Below are positions 24,501-36,500 of a stretch of DNA of 46,346 bases, piece by piece. Within the stretch, counting starts at the first letter, position 1. The number at the start of each line of letters is the position of its first letter. The translations under genes were made by a program, and so were the position numbers. The notes beneath the pieces were generated by a model. It had not been told where the DNA came from, ran no database searches, and saw only the letters and a list, made by a program, of their open reading frames with translations. This stretch comes from Raillietiella orientalis. Taxonomy: Eukaryota. The stretch lies in assembly GCA_036172245.1 (NCBI GenBank), contig JAYWIR010000170.1, forward strand, positions 1 through 46,346, read 5' to 3'.

Positions 24501-27500
24501 GTTCTTCTGAACCAGGGAAATGGGAAGGTTGTGCGGGTGTCCATGAAGGAAATTTGCAGCTCACTGCAAATAGATGCTTCGTGAAGAGGCGCAAAAGTGC
24601 AATGGTGAAATCTGCTGACTTCGAAGTGATTACAGCCACATAAAAGTTGCAAATTTGGACAATATAATGAATCAGAGCGAATGGAAACATTGTCTTTCTA
24701 ACTCCGACACTGGTTACCGTGAAAACTTCACAGAGCCCTAAGTGCCACACCCTAATGAAACTTCGAACTTCTCTTCATGTTCTTCTGAACCAAGGAAATT
24801 GGAAGGCTCTGCGGTTGTCCATGAATCGAATTTCCCTCCCACACCAAATGGATGCTCCCGGATGAAACGCTAAAGTGCAATGGAGAATCTGCTGTCTTCG
24901 AAGTGATTACAACCCCATAAAAGTTGCAAATTTGGACAATATAATGAATCAGAGCGAATGGAAACATTGTCTTTCTAACAACGACACTGGTTACTGTGAA
25001 AACAACACAGACGCCAAGGTGTTCCATCCTAATAAAACTTCGAACTCATCTCCATGTTCCCCTGAACCAAGGAAATTCGAAGATTATGCGGGTGTCCATG
25101 AATGGAATTTGCCACTCACTGCAAATACATTTTTAGTGAAGAGGCGCAAAAGTGCAATGGTGAAATCTCCTGACTTCGAAGTGTTTACAAAACAAAAAAA
25201 GGTGCATATTTCGAACACATAATGAATCGGAACAAAGGGAAACATTCACTCTCTACCTCCGACACTGGTTACCATAAAAACTACACAGAGGTCAAAGTGC
25301 CACACCCTAATGAAACTTCGAAATCATCTCAATGTTCTTTTGAACCAAGGAAATTGGAAGGTTGTGCGGGTTTCCATGTCGGCAAATTGCCACTGACTGC
25401 AAATAGAAGCTTCGTGAAGAGGCGCAAAAGTGCAATAGTGAAATCTGCTGTCTTCGGAGTGATCACAACCCCCAAAAAGTCGTAAATTTCAACCATATAA
25501 TGAATCAGAGCAAAGGGAAACAATCTCTTTCTAGCTCCGACACTCCTTACCATGGAAAGCACACAGAGGACAAAGTGCCTCACTCTAATGAAACTTCGAA
25601 CTCATTTCAATGTTCTTCTGAACCAAGGAAATTGGAAGGTGGTGCGGGTTTCCATGTCGGCCAATTGCCACTCACTGCAAATAGATGCTTCGTGAAGAGG
25701 CACCACAGTGCAATGGTTAAATCTGATGACTTCGAAGTGGTAAAAAAACCCAAAAAGGTGCATATTTCGAACACATAATCAATCGGAGAAAAGGGAAACA
25801 TTCTCTTTCTACCTCCGACACTGGTTACCATGAAAACCACACAAGGCCAAATTGCACCACCCTAATGAGACTTCGAACTAATCTCCATGTTATCCTGAAC
25901 CAAGGAAATCGGAAGGTTCTCCGGGTGTCCATCAATGGAATTTGCCACTCACCCCAAATGGATGCTCCCGGATGAGACGCTAAACTGCAATGGTAAAATC
26001 TGCTGACTTCGATGTCATTACAACCCCCTAAAAGTTGCAAATTTGGACCATAAAATGAATCAGAGCCTAAGGAAACATTCTCTTTCTAACTTCGACACTG
26101 GTTACCATGAAAACCACACAGAGACCAAAGTGGCACACCCTAATGAAACTTCGAAGTCATCTCAATGTTCTTCTGAACCAAGCAAATTGGAAGGTTGTGC
26201 GGGTGTCCATGGAGGAAATTTGCCACTCTTTGCAAATAGATGCTTCGTGAAGAGGCGCAAAATTGCAATAGTGAAATCTGCTGACTTCGAAGTGATTACA
26301 ATCCCATAAAAGTTGCAAATTTGGACAATATAATGAATCAGAGCGAATGGAAACATTGTCTTTCTAACTCCGACACTGGTTACGGTGAAAACTACACAGA
26401 GGCCAAACTGCCACACCCTAATGAAGCTTCGAACAAATCTCAATGTTCTTCTGAATCAAAGAAATTGGAAGTTTGTGCTGGTGTCCTTGAAGGGAATTTG
26501 CCACTCACTGCAAATGGATGCTTCGTGAAGAGGCGCCACAGTGCAATGTTGAAATCTGCTGACTTCGAAGTGTTAACAAACCCCAAAAAGTTGCATATTT
26601 CGAACACATAATGAATCCGAGCAAAGGGAAACATTCTCTTTATTACTTCGACAGTCGTTACTATAAAAACCAGACAGAAGCCAAAGTGCCCCACCCTGAT
26701 GAAACTTCGAACTAATCTCCATGTTCTAATGAACCAAGGAAAACGGAAGGTTCTGCGGGTGTCCATGAATGGAATCTGCCACTCACACCAAATGGATGCT
26801 CCCGGATGAGACGCTCAACTGCTATGGTGAAATCTGCTGACTTCGATGTGATTACAACCCCCTAAAACTTGCAAATTTGGACCATATCATGAATCAGAGC
26901 CTAGGGAAACATTCTCTCTCTAACTCCGACACTGGTTACCGTGAAAACCACACAGAGACCAAAGTGGCACACCCTAATGAAACTTCGACCTGATCTCAAT
27001 GTTCTTCTGCACCAAGGAAATTGGAAGGTTGTGCGGGTGTCCATGGATGCAATTTGCCACTCACTGCAAATACATTCTTTTTGAAGAGGCGCAAAAGTGC
27101 AATGGTGAAATCTGCAGACTTCGAAGTGTTTACAAACACCAAAAAGTTGCATATTTCGGACACATAATGAATTGGAGCAAAGGGAAACATTATCTTTCTA
27201 CCTCCGGCACTGGTTACCGTGCAAACCACACAGACGCCAAAGTGCTCCATCCTAATAAAACTTCGAACTCATCTCCATGTTCCCCTGAACCAAGGAAATT
27301 CGAAGGTTATGCGTGTGTCCATGAATGGAATTTGCCACTCACACCAAATGGATACTCCCGGATGAGACGCTAAACTGCAGTGGTTAAATCTTCTGACTTT
27401 GATGTGATTACAACCCACTAAAAGTTGCATATTTGGACCATATAATGAATCAGGGCGTAGGGAAACATTCTCTTTCTACCTCCGACGCTGGTTACCATGA

Positions 27501-30500
27501 AAACTACACAGAGGCCTAAGTGCCACACCCTAATGAAACTTCGAAATCAGCTCAATGTTCTTTTGAACCAAGGAAATTGGATGCTTGTGCGGGTTTCCAC
27601 GTCGGCAAATTGCCACTAACTGCAAATAGAAGCTTCGTGAACAGGCACAAAAGTGCATTAGTGAAATCTGCTGTCTTCGGAGTGATCACAACCTCCAAAA
27701 AGTCGTAAATTTGAACCATATAATGAATCAGAGCAAAGGGAAACAATCTATTTCTAGCTCCGACACTGCTTACCATGGAAAGCACACAGAGGACAAAGAG
27801 CCTCACTCTAATGAAACTTCGAACTCATTTCAATGTTCTTCTGAACCAAGGAAATTGGAAGTTGGTGCGGGTTTCCATGTCGGCTAATTGCCACTCACTG
27901 CAAATAGATGCTTCGTGAAGTGGCGCAAAAGTGCAATGGTGAATTCTGCTGACTTCGAAGTGTTTCCAAAACAGAAAAGGTGTATGTTTCGAACACATAA
28001 TGAATCGGAGCAAAGAGAAACATTCCCTCTCTACCTCCGACACTGGTTACCATGAAAACTACACAGAGGCCTAAGTGCCACACCCTAATGAAACCTCGAA
28101 ATCATCTCAATGTTCTTTTGAACCAAGGAAATTGGAAGGTTGTGCGGGTTTCCATGTCAGCAAATTGCCACTGACTGCAAATAGAAGCTTCGTGAAAAGG
28201 CGCAAAAGTGCAATAGTGAAATCTGCTGTCTTCGGAGTGATCACAACCCCCAAAAAGTCGTAAATTTGAACCATATAATGAATCAGAGCAAAGGGAAACA
28301 ATCTCTTTCTAGCTCCGACACTGCTTACCGTGGAAAGCACACAGAGGACAAAGTGCCTCACTCTAATGAAACTTCGAACTCATTTCAATGTTCTTCTGAA
28401 CCAAGGAAATTGGAAGGTGGTGCGGGTTTCCATGTCGGCTAATATCCACTCACTGAAAATAGATGCTTCGTGAAGAGGCGCCACAGTGCAATGGTGAAAT
28501 CTGATGACTTCGAAGAGGTAAAAAAACCCAAAAAGGTGCATATTTCGAACACATAATGAATCCGAGCAAAGGGAAACATTCCATTTCTTCCTCCGACACT
28601 GGTTACCATGAAAACCACACAAGGCCAAAGTGCACCACTTTAATGAGACTTCGAACTAATCGACATGTTATCCTGAACCAAGGAAATCGGAAGGTTCTGC
28701 GGGTGTCCATCAATGAAATTTGCCACTCACACCAAATGGATGCTAACGGATGAGACGCTAAACTGCAATGGTGAAATCTGCTGACTTCGATGTGATTACA
28801 ACCCCCTAAAAGTTGCAAATTTGGACCATATAATGAATCAGAGCGTAGGGAAACATTCTCTTTCTAACTCCGACACTGGTTACCATGAAAACCACACAGA
28901 GACCAAAGTGGCACACCCTAATGAAACTTCGAAGTCATCTCAATGTTCTTCTGAACCAAGGAAATTGGAAGGTTGTGCGGGTGTCCATGAAGGTAATTTG
29001 CAGCTCACTGCAAATAGATACTTCGTGAAGAGGCGCAAAAGTGCAATGGTGAAATCTGCTGACTTCGAAGTGATTACAACCCCATAAAAGTTGCAAATTT
29101 GGACAATATAATGAATCAGAGCGAATGGAAACATTGTCTTTCTAACTCCGACACTGGTTACCGTGAAAACTACACAGAGGCCTAAGTGCCGCATCCTAAT
29201 GAAACTTCGAACTCATCTCAATGTTCTTCTGAATCAAGGAAATTGGAAGTTTGTGCGGGTGTCCTTGAAGGGAATTTGCCACTCACTGCAAATGGATGCT
29301 TCGTGAAGAGGCGTCAAAGTGCAATGGTGAAATCTGATGACTTCGAAGTGGTAACAACCCTCAAAAACTTGCAAATTTGGACCATATAATGAATCAGAGC
29401 AAAAGGAAACATTCTCTTTATAACTTCGACAGTGGTTACTATGAAAACCAGACAGAAGCCAAAGTGCCCCACCCTGATGAAACTTCGAACTAATCTCCAT
29501 GTTCTCCTGAACCAAGGAAATCGGAAGGTTCTGCGGGTGTCCATGAATGGAATTTGCCACTCACACCAAATGGATGCTCCCGGATGAGACGCTAAACTGC
29601 AATGGTGAAATCTGCTGACTTCGATGTGATTACAACCCTCTAAAAGTTGCAAATTTGGACCATATAATGAATCAGAGCCTAGGGAAACATTCTCTTTCTA
29701 ACTCCGACACTGGTTACCATAAAACCAGACAGAAGCCAAAGTGCCCCACCCTAATGAAACTTCGAACTAATCTCCATGTTCTCCTGAACCAAGGAAATCG
29801 GATGGTTCTGCGGGTGTCCATGAATGGAATTTGCCACTCACACCAAATGCATGCTCCCGCATGAGACGCTAAACTGCAATGGTGAAATCTGCTGACTTCG
29901 ATGTGATTACAACCCCCTAAAAGTTGCAAATTTGGACCATATAATGAATCAGAGCCTAGGGAAACATTCTCTTTCTAACTCCGACACTGGTTACCATGAA
30001 AACCACACAGAGACCAAAGTGGCACACCCTAATGAAACTTCGAAGTCATCTCAATGTTCTTCTGAACCAATTTAATTTGAAGGTTGTGCGGGTGTCCTGA
30101 AGGTAATTTGCAGCTCACTGCAAATAGATACTTCGTGAAGAGGCGCAAAAGTGTAATGGAGAAATCTGCTGACTTCGAAGTGATTACAACCCCATAAAAG
30201 TTGCAAATTTGGACAATATAATGAATCAGAGCGAATGGAAACATTGTCTTTCTACCTCCGACACTGGTTACCGTGCAAACAACACAGACGCCAAAGTGCT
30301 CCATCCTAATAAAACTTCGAACTCATCTCTATGTTCCCCTGAACCAAGGAAATTCGAAGGTTATGCGGGTGTCCATGAATAGAATTTGCCACTCACACCA
30401 AATGGATACTCCCGGATGAGACGCTAAACTGCAGTGGTGAAATCTTCTGACTTTGATGTGATTACAACCCACTAAAAGTTGCATATTTGGACCATATAAT

Positions 30501-33500
30501 GAATCAGGGCGTAGGGAAACATTCTCTTTCTAACTCCGACTCTGGTTACCATGGAAACCGCACAGAGGACAAAGTGGCCCTCCCTAATGAAACTTCGACC
30601 TGATCTCAATGTTCTTCTGAACCAAGGAAATTGGAAGGTGGTGCGGGTTTCCATGTCGGCTAATTGCCAGTCACTGCAAATAGATGCTTCGTGAAGTGGC
30701 GCAAAAGTGCAATGGTGAATTCTGCTGACTTTGAAGTGTTTCCAAAACCCAAAAAGGTGTATATTTCGAACACATAATGAATCGGAGCAAAGGGAAAAAT
30801 TCTGTTTCTACCTCCGACACTCGTTACCATGAAAACCACACAGAGGCCAAAGTGCTACACCCTAATGAAATTTCGAACTAATCTCCATAATCTCCTGAAC
30901 CAAGGAAATCGGAAGGTTCTGCAAGTGTCCATGAATGGAATTTGCCACTCACACCAAATGGATACTCCCGGATGAGTCGCTAAACTGCAGTGGTGAAATC
31001 TTCTGACTTTGATGTGATTACAACCCCCTACAAGTTGCATATTTGGACCATGTAATGAATCAGAGCCTAGGGAAACATTCTCTTTCTAACTCCGATACTG
31101 GTTACCATGAAAACCACACAGAGACCAAAGTGGCACACCCTAATTTAACTTCGAAGTCATCTCAATGTTCTTCTGAATCAAGGAAATTGGAAATTTGTGC
31201 GGGTGTCCTTGAAGGGAATTGGCCACTCACTGCAAATGTATCCTTCGTGAAGAGGCGTCAAAGTGCAATGGTGAAATCTGATGACTTCGAAGTGGTAACA
31301 ACCCTCAAAAACTTGCAAATTTAGACCATATAATGAATCAGAGCAAAGGGAAACATTCTCTTTATAACTTCGACAGTGGTTACTATGAAAACCAGACAGA
31401 AGCCAAAGTGCCCCACCCTAATGAAACTTCGAACTAATCTCCATGTTCTCCTGAACCAAGGAAATCGGATGGTTCGGCGGGTGTCCAAGAATGGAATTTG
31501 CCACTCACACCAAATGGATGCTCCCGGATGAGACGCTCAACTGCAATGGTAAAATCTGCTGACTTTGATGTGATTACAACCCCCTAAAAGTTGCAAATTT
31601 GGACCATGTAATGAATCAGAGCCTAGGGAAACATTCTCTTTATAACTCCGACACTGGTTACCATGAAAACCACACAGAGACCAAAGTGGCACACCCTAAT
31701 TTAACTTCGAAGTCATCTCAATGTTCTTCTGAACCAGGGAAATCGGAAAGTTGTCCGGGTGTCCATGAACGTAATTTGCAGCTAACTACAAATAGATAAT
31801 TCGTGAAGAGGCGCGAAAGTGCAATGGTGAAATCTGCTGACTTCGAAGTGATTACAACCCCATAAAAGATGCAAATTTGGACCATATAATGAATCAGAGC
31901 AATGGGAAACATTCTCTTTATTACTTCGACAGTGGTTACTATGAAAACCAGACAGAAGCCAAAGTGCCCCACCCTGATGAAACTTCGAACTAATCTCCAT
32001 GTTCTCCTGAACCAAGGAAATCGGAAGGTTCTGCGGGTGTCCATGAATGGAATTTGCCACTCACACCAAATGGATGCTCCCGAATGAGACGCTAAACTGC
32101 TATGGTAAAATATGCTGACTTCGATGTGATTACAACCCCCTAAAAGTTGCAAATTTGGACCATATAATTAATCAGAGCCTAGGGAAACATTCTCTTTCTA
32201 ACTCCGACACTGGTTACCACGAAAACCAGACAGAAGCCAAAGTGCCCCACCCTAATGAAACTTCGAACTAATCCCCATGTTCTCCTGAACCAAGGAAATC
32301 GGATGGTTCTGCGGGTGTCCATGAATGGAATTTGCCACTCACACCAAATGGATGCTCCCGGATGAGACGCTAAACTGCTATGGTGAAATCTGCTGACTTC
32401 GATGTGATTACAACCCCCTAAAAGTTGCAAATTTGGACCATATAATGAATCAGAGCAAAGGGAAACATTCTCTTTATAACTTCGACAGTGGTTACTATGA
32501 AAACCAGACAGAAGCCAAAGTGCCCCACCCTAATGATACTTCGAAGTAATCTCCATGTTCTCCTGAACCAAGGAAATCGGATGGTTCTGCGGGTGTCCAT
32601 GAATGGAATTTGCCACTCGCACCAAATAAATGCTCTCAGATGAGACCCTAAACTGCAATGGTGAAATCTGCTGACTTCGATGTGATTACAACCCCCTAAA
32701 AGTTGCAAATTTGGACCATATAATGAATCAGAGCCTAGGGAAACATTCTCTTTCTAACTCCGACACTGGTTACCGTGAAAACCACACAGAGACCAAAGTG
32801 GCACACCCTAATGAAACTTCGACCTGATCTCAATGTTCTTCTGAACCAAAAAAAATGGAAGGTTGTGCGGGTGTCCATGAATGCAATTTGCCACTCACTG
32901 CAAATAGATTCTTTTTGAAGAGGCGCAAAAGTGCAATGGTGAAATCTGCAGACTTCGAAGTGTTTACAAACCCCAAAAAGTTGCATATTTCGGACACATA
33001 ATGAATTGGAGCAAAGGGAAACATTCTCTTTCTACCTCCGACACTGGTTACCGTGCAAACCACACAGACGCCAAAGTGCTCCATCCTCATAAAACTTCGA
33101 ACTCATCTCCATGTTCCCCTGAACCAAGGAAATTCGAAGGTTATGCGGGTGTCCATGAATGGAATTTGCCACTCACACCAAATGGATACTCCCGGATGAG
33201 ACGCTAAACTGCAATGGTGAAATCTTCTGACTGTGATGTGATTACAACCCACTAAAAGTTGCATATTTGGACCATATAATGAATCAGGGCGTAGGGAAAC
33301 ATTCTCTTTCTAACTCCGACTCTGGTTACCATGGAAACCGCACAGAGGACAAAGTGCCCCTCCCTAATGAAACTTCGACCTGATCTCCATGTTTTTCTGA
33401 ACCAAGGAAATTGCAAGGTTTTGCGGGTGTCCATGAAGGAAAATTTCCACTCACAGCAATTGCATTGTTCGTGAAGAGGCGCCAAAGTGCAATGGTGAAA

Positions 33501-36500
33501 TCTGCTGACTTTGAAGTGGTACCAACCGTGACAAAGTTGCAAATTAAGACCATCTAATGAATCAGAGCAAAGGGAAATATTCTCTTTATACCTTCGACAC
33601 TGGTTACTATGAAAACCAGACAGAAGCGAAAGAGCCCCACCCTAATCAAACGTCGAACTCATCTCAATGTTCTTCTGAATCAAGGAAATTGGAAGTTTGT
33701 GCGGGTGTCCTTGAAGGGAATTTGCCACTCACTGCAAATGGATGCTTCGTGAAGAGGCGTCAAAGTGCAATGGTGAAATCTGATGACTTCGAAGTGGTAA
33801 CAACCCTCAAAAACTTGCAAATTTAGACCATATAATGAATCAGAGCACAGGGAAACATTCTCTTTATAACTTCGACAGTGGTTACTATGAAAACCAGACA
33901 GAAGCCAAAGTGCCATAGCCCAATGAAACTTCGAACTAATCTCCATGTTCTCCTGAACTAAGGATATCGGATGGTTCTGCGGGTGTCCATGAATGGAATT
34001 TGCCACTCACACCAAATGGATGCTCCCGGATGAGACGCTAAACTGCAATGGTAAAATCTGCTGACTTCGATGTGATTACAACCCCCTAAAAGTTGCAAAT
34101 TTGGACAATATAATGAATCAGAGCGATTGGAAACATTGTCTTTCTATCTCCGACACTGGTTACCGTGAAAACCACACAGAGGCCAAAGTGCACCACCCTA
34201 ATAAAACTTCGAACTCATCTCCATGTTCCCCTGAACCAAGGAAATTCGAAGGTTATGCGGGTGTCCATGAATGGAATTTGCCACTCACTGCAAATAGATT
34301 TCTTGTGAAGAGGCGCAAAAGTGCAATGCTGGAATCTGATGACTTCGAAGTGGTTACAACCGCCAAAAAGTTGCAAATTTCGACCATATAATGAATCAGA
34401 GCAAAGGGAAACATTCTCTTTATAACTTCGACACTGGTTACTATGAAAACCAGACGGAAGCCAAAGTGCCCCACCCTAATGAAACTTCGAACTCATCTCA
34501 ATGTTCTTCTGAACCAAGGAAATTCCAAGGATGAGCGGGTCTCCATCACGGGAATCTGCCACTCACTGCAAATGCATGCCTCGTGATGAGGCGCAAAAGT
34601 GCAATGGTGAAATCTGCTGACTTCGAAGTGATTACAACCCCATAAAAGTTGCAAATTTAGACCATATAATGAATCATAGCGTAGGGAAACATTCTCTTTA
34701 TAACTCCGACACTGGTTACCGTGAAAACCACACAGACGCCAAAGTGCTCCATCCTAATAAAACTTCGAACTCATCTCCATGTTCCCCTGAACCAAGGAAA
34801 TTCGAAGATTATGCGGGTGTGCATGAATGGAATTTGCCACTCAATGCAAATAGATTTCTTGTGAAGAGGCGCAAAAGTGCAAAGGTGGAATCTGATGACT
34901 TCGAAGTGGTTACAACCCCCAAAAAGTTGCAAATTTCGACCATATAATGAATCAGAGCTTAAGAAAACATTCTCTCTCTAACTCCGACACTGGTTACCAT
35001 GGAAACCACGCAGAGGACAAACTGCCTCACCCTAATGAAACTTCGAACTCATCTAATGTGCTTCTGAACCGAGGAAATTGCAAGGATGAGCGGGTCTCCA
35101 TCACGGGAATCTGCCACTCACTGCAAATGCATGCTTCGTGAGAAGGCGCAAAAGTGCAAAGGAGAAATCTGCTGACTTTGAAGTGGTACCAACCCTTACA
35201 AAGTTGCAAATTTCGACCATATAATGAATCATAACGTAGGGATACATTCTCTTTATAACTCCGACACTGGTTACCGTGAAAACCCCACAGACGCCAAAGT
35301 TCTCCATCCTAACTACTAACTCCATGTTACCCCTGAACCAAGCCAAGAAATTCGAAGATTATGCGGGTGTGCATGAATGGAATTTTCCACTCACTGCAAA
35401 TAGATTCTTTTTAAAGAGGCGCAAAAGTGCAATGGTGAAATCTGCTTACTTCAAAGTGGTTACAATTCCCAAAAAGTTGCATATTTGGACTATATAGTGA
35501 ATCAGAGCGAAGGGAAACATTCTCTTTATAAATCCGATACTGTTTACCATGGAAACCACGCAGAGGACAAAGTGCCTCACCCTAATGAATCTTCGAACTC
35601 ATCTCAATGTTCTTCTGAACCAGGGAAATTGGATGGTTTTGCGGGTGTGCATGAAGAAAATTTGCCACTCCCTGCAAACAGATGCTTCGTGAAGAGGCGC
35701 GAAAGTGCAATGGTGAAATCTGCTGACTTCGATGTGATTACAACCCACTAAAAGTTGCAAATTTGGACAATATAATGAATCAGAGCGAATGGAAACATTG
35801 TCTTTCTTACTCCGAGTCTGGTTACCGTGAAAACCACACAGACGCCAAGGTGCTCCATCCTAATAAAACTTCGAACTCATCTCCATGTTCCCCTAAACCA
35901 AGGAAATTCGAAGATTATGCGGGTGTCCATGAATGGACTTTGCCACTCACTGCAAATAGATTTTTAGTGAGGAGGCGCAAAAGTGCATTGGTGAAATCTG
36001 CTGACTTCGAAGTGTTTACAAAATTCAAAAAGGTGCATATTTCGAACACATAATGAATCGGAACAAAGGGAAACATTCCCTCTCTACCTCCGACACTGGT
36101 TACCATGAAAACTACACAGAGGCCTAAGTGCCACACCCTAATGAAACCTCGAAATCATCTCAATGTTCTTTTGAACCAAGGAAATTGGAAGGTTGTGCGG
36201 GTTTCCATGTCGGCAAATTGCCACTGACTGCAAATAGAAGCTTCGTGAAGAGGCGCAAAAGTGCAATAGTGAAATCTGCTGTCTTCGGAGTGATCACAAC
36301 CCCCAAAAAGTCGTAAATTTGAACCATATAATGAATCAGAGCAAAGGGAAACAATCTCTTTCTAGCTCCGACACTGCTTACCGTGGAAAGCACACAGAGG
36401 ACAAAGTGCCTCACTCTAATGAAACTTCGAACTCATTTCAATGTTCTTCTGAACCAAGGAAATTGGAAGGTGGTGCGGGTTTCCATGTCGGCTAATATCC

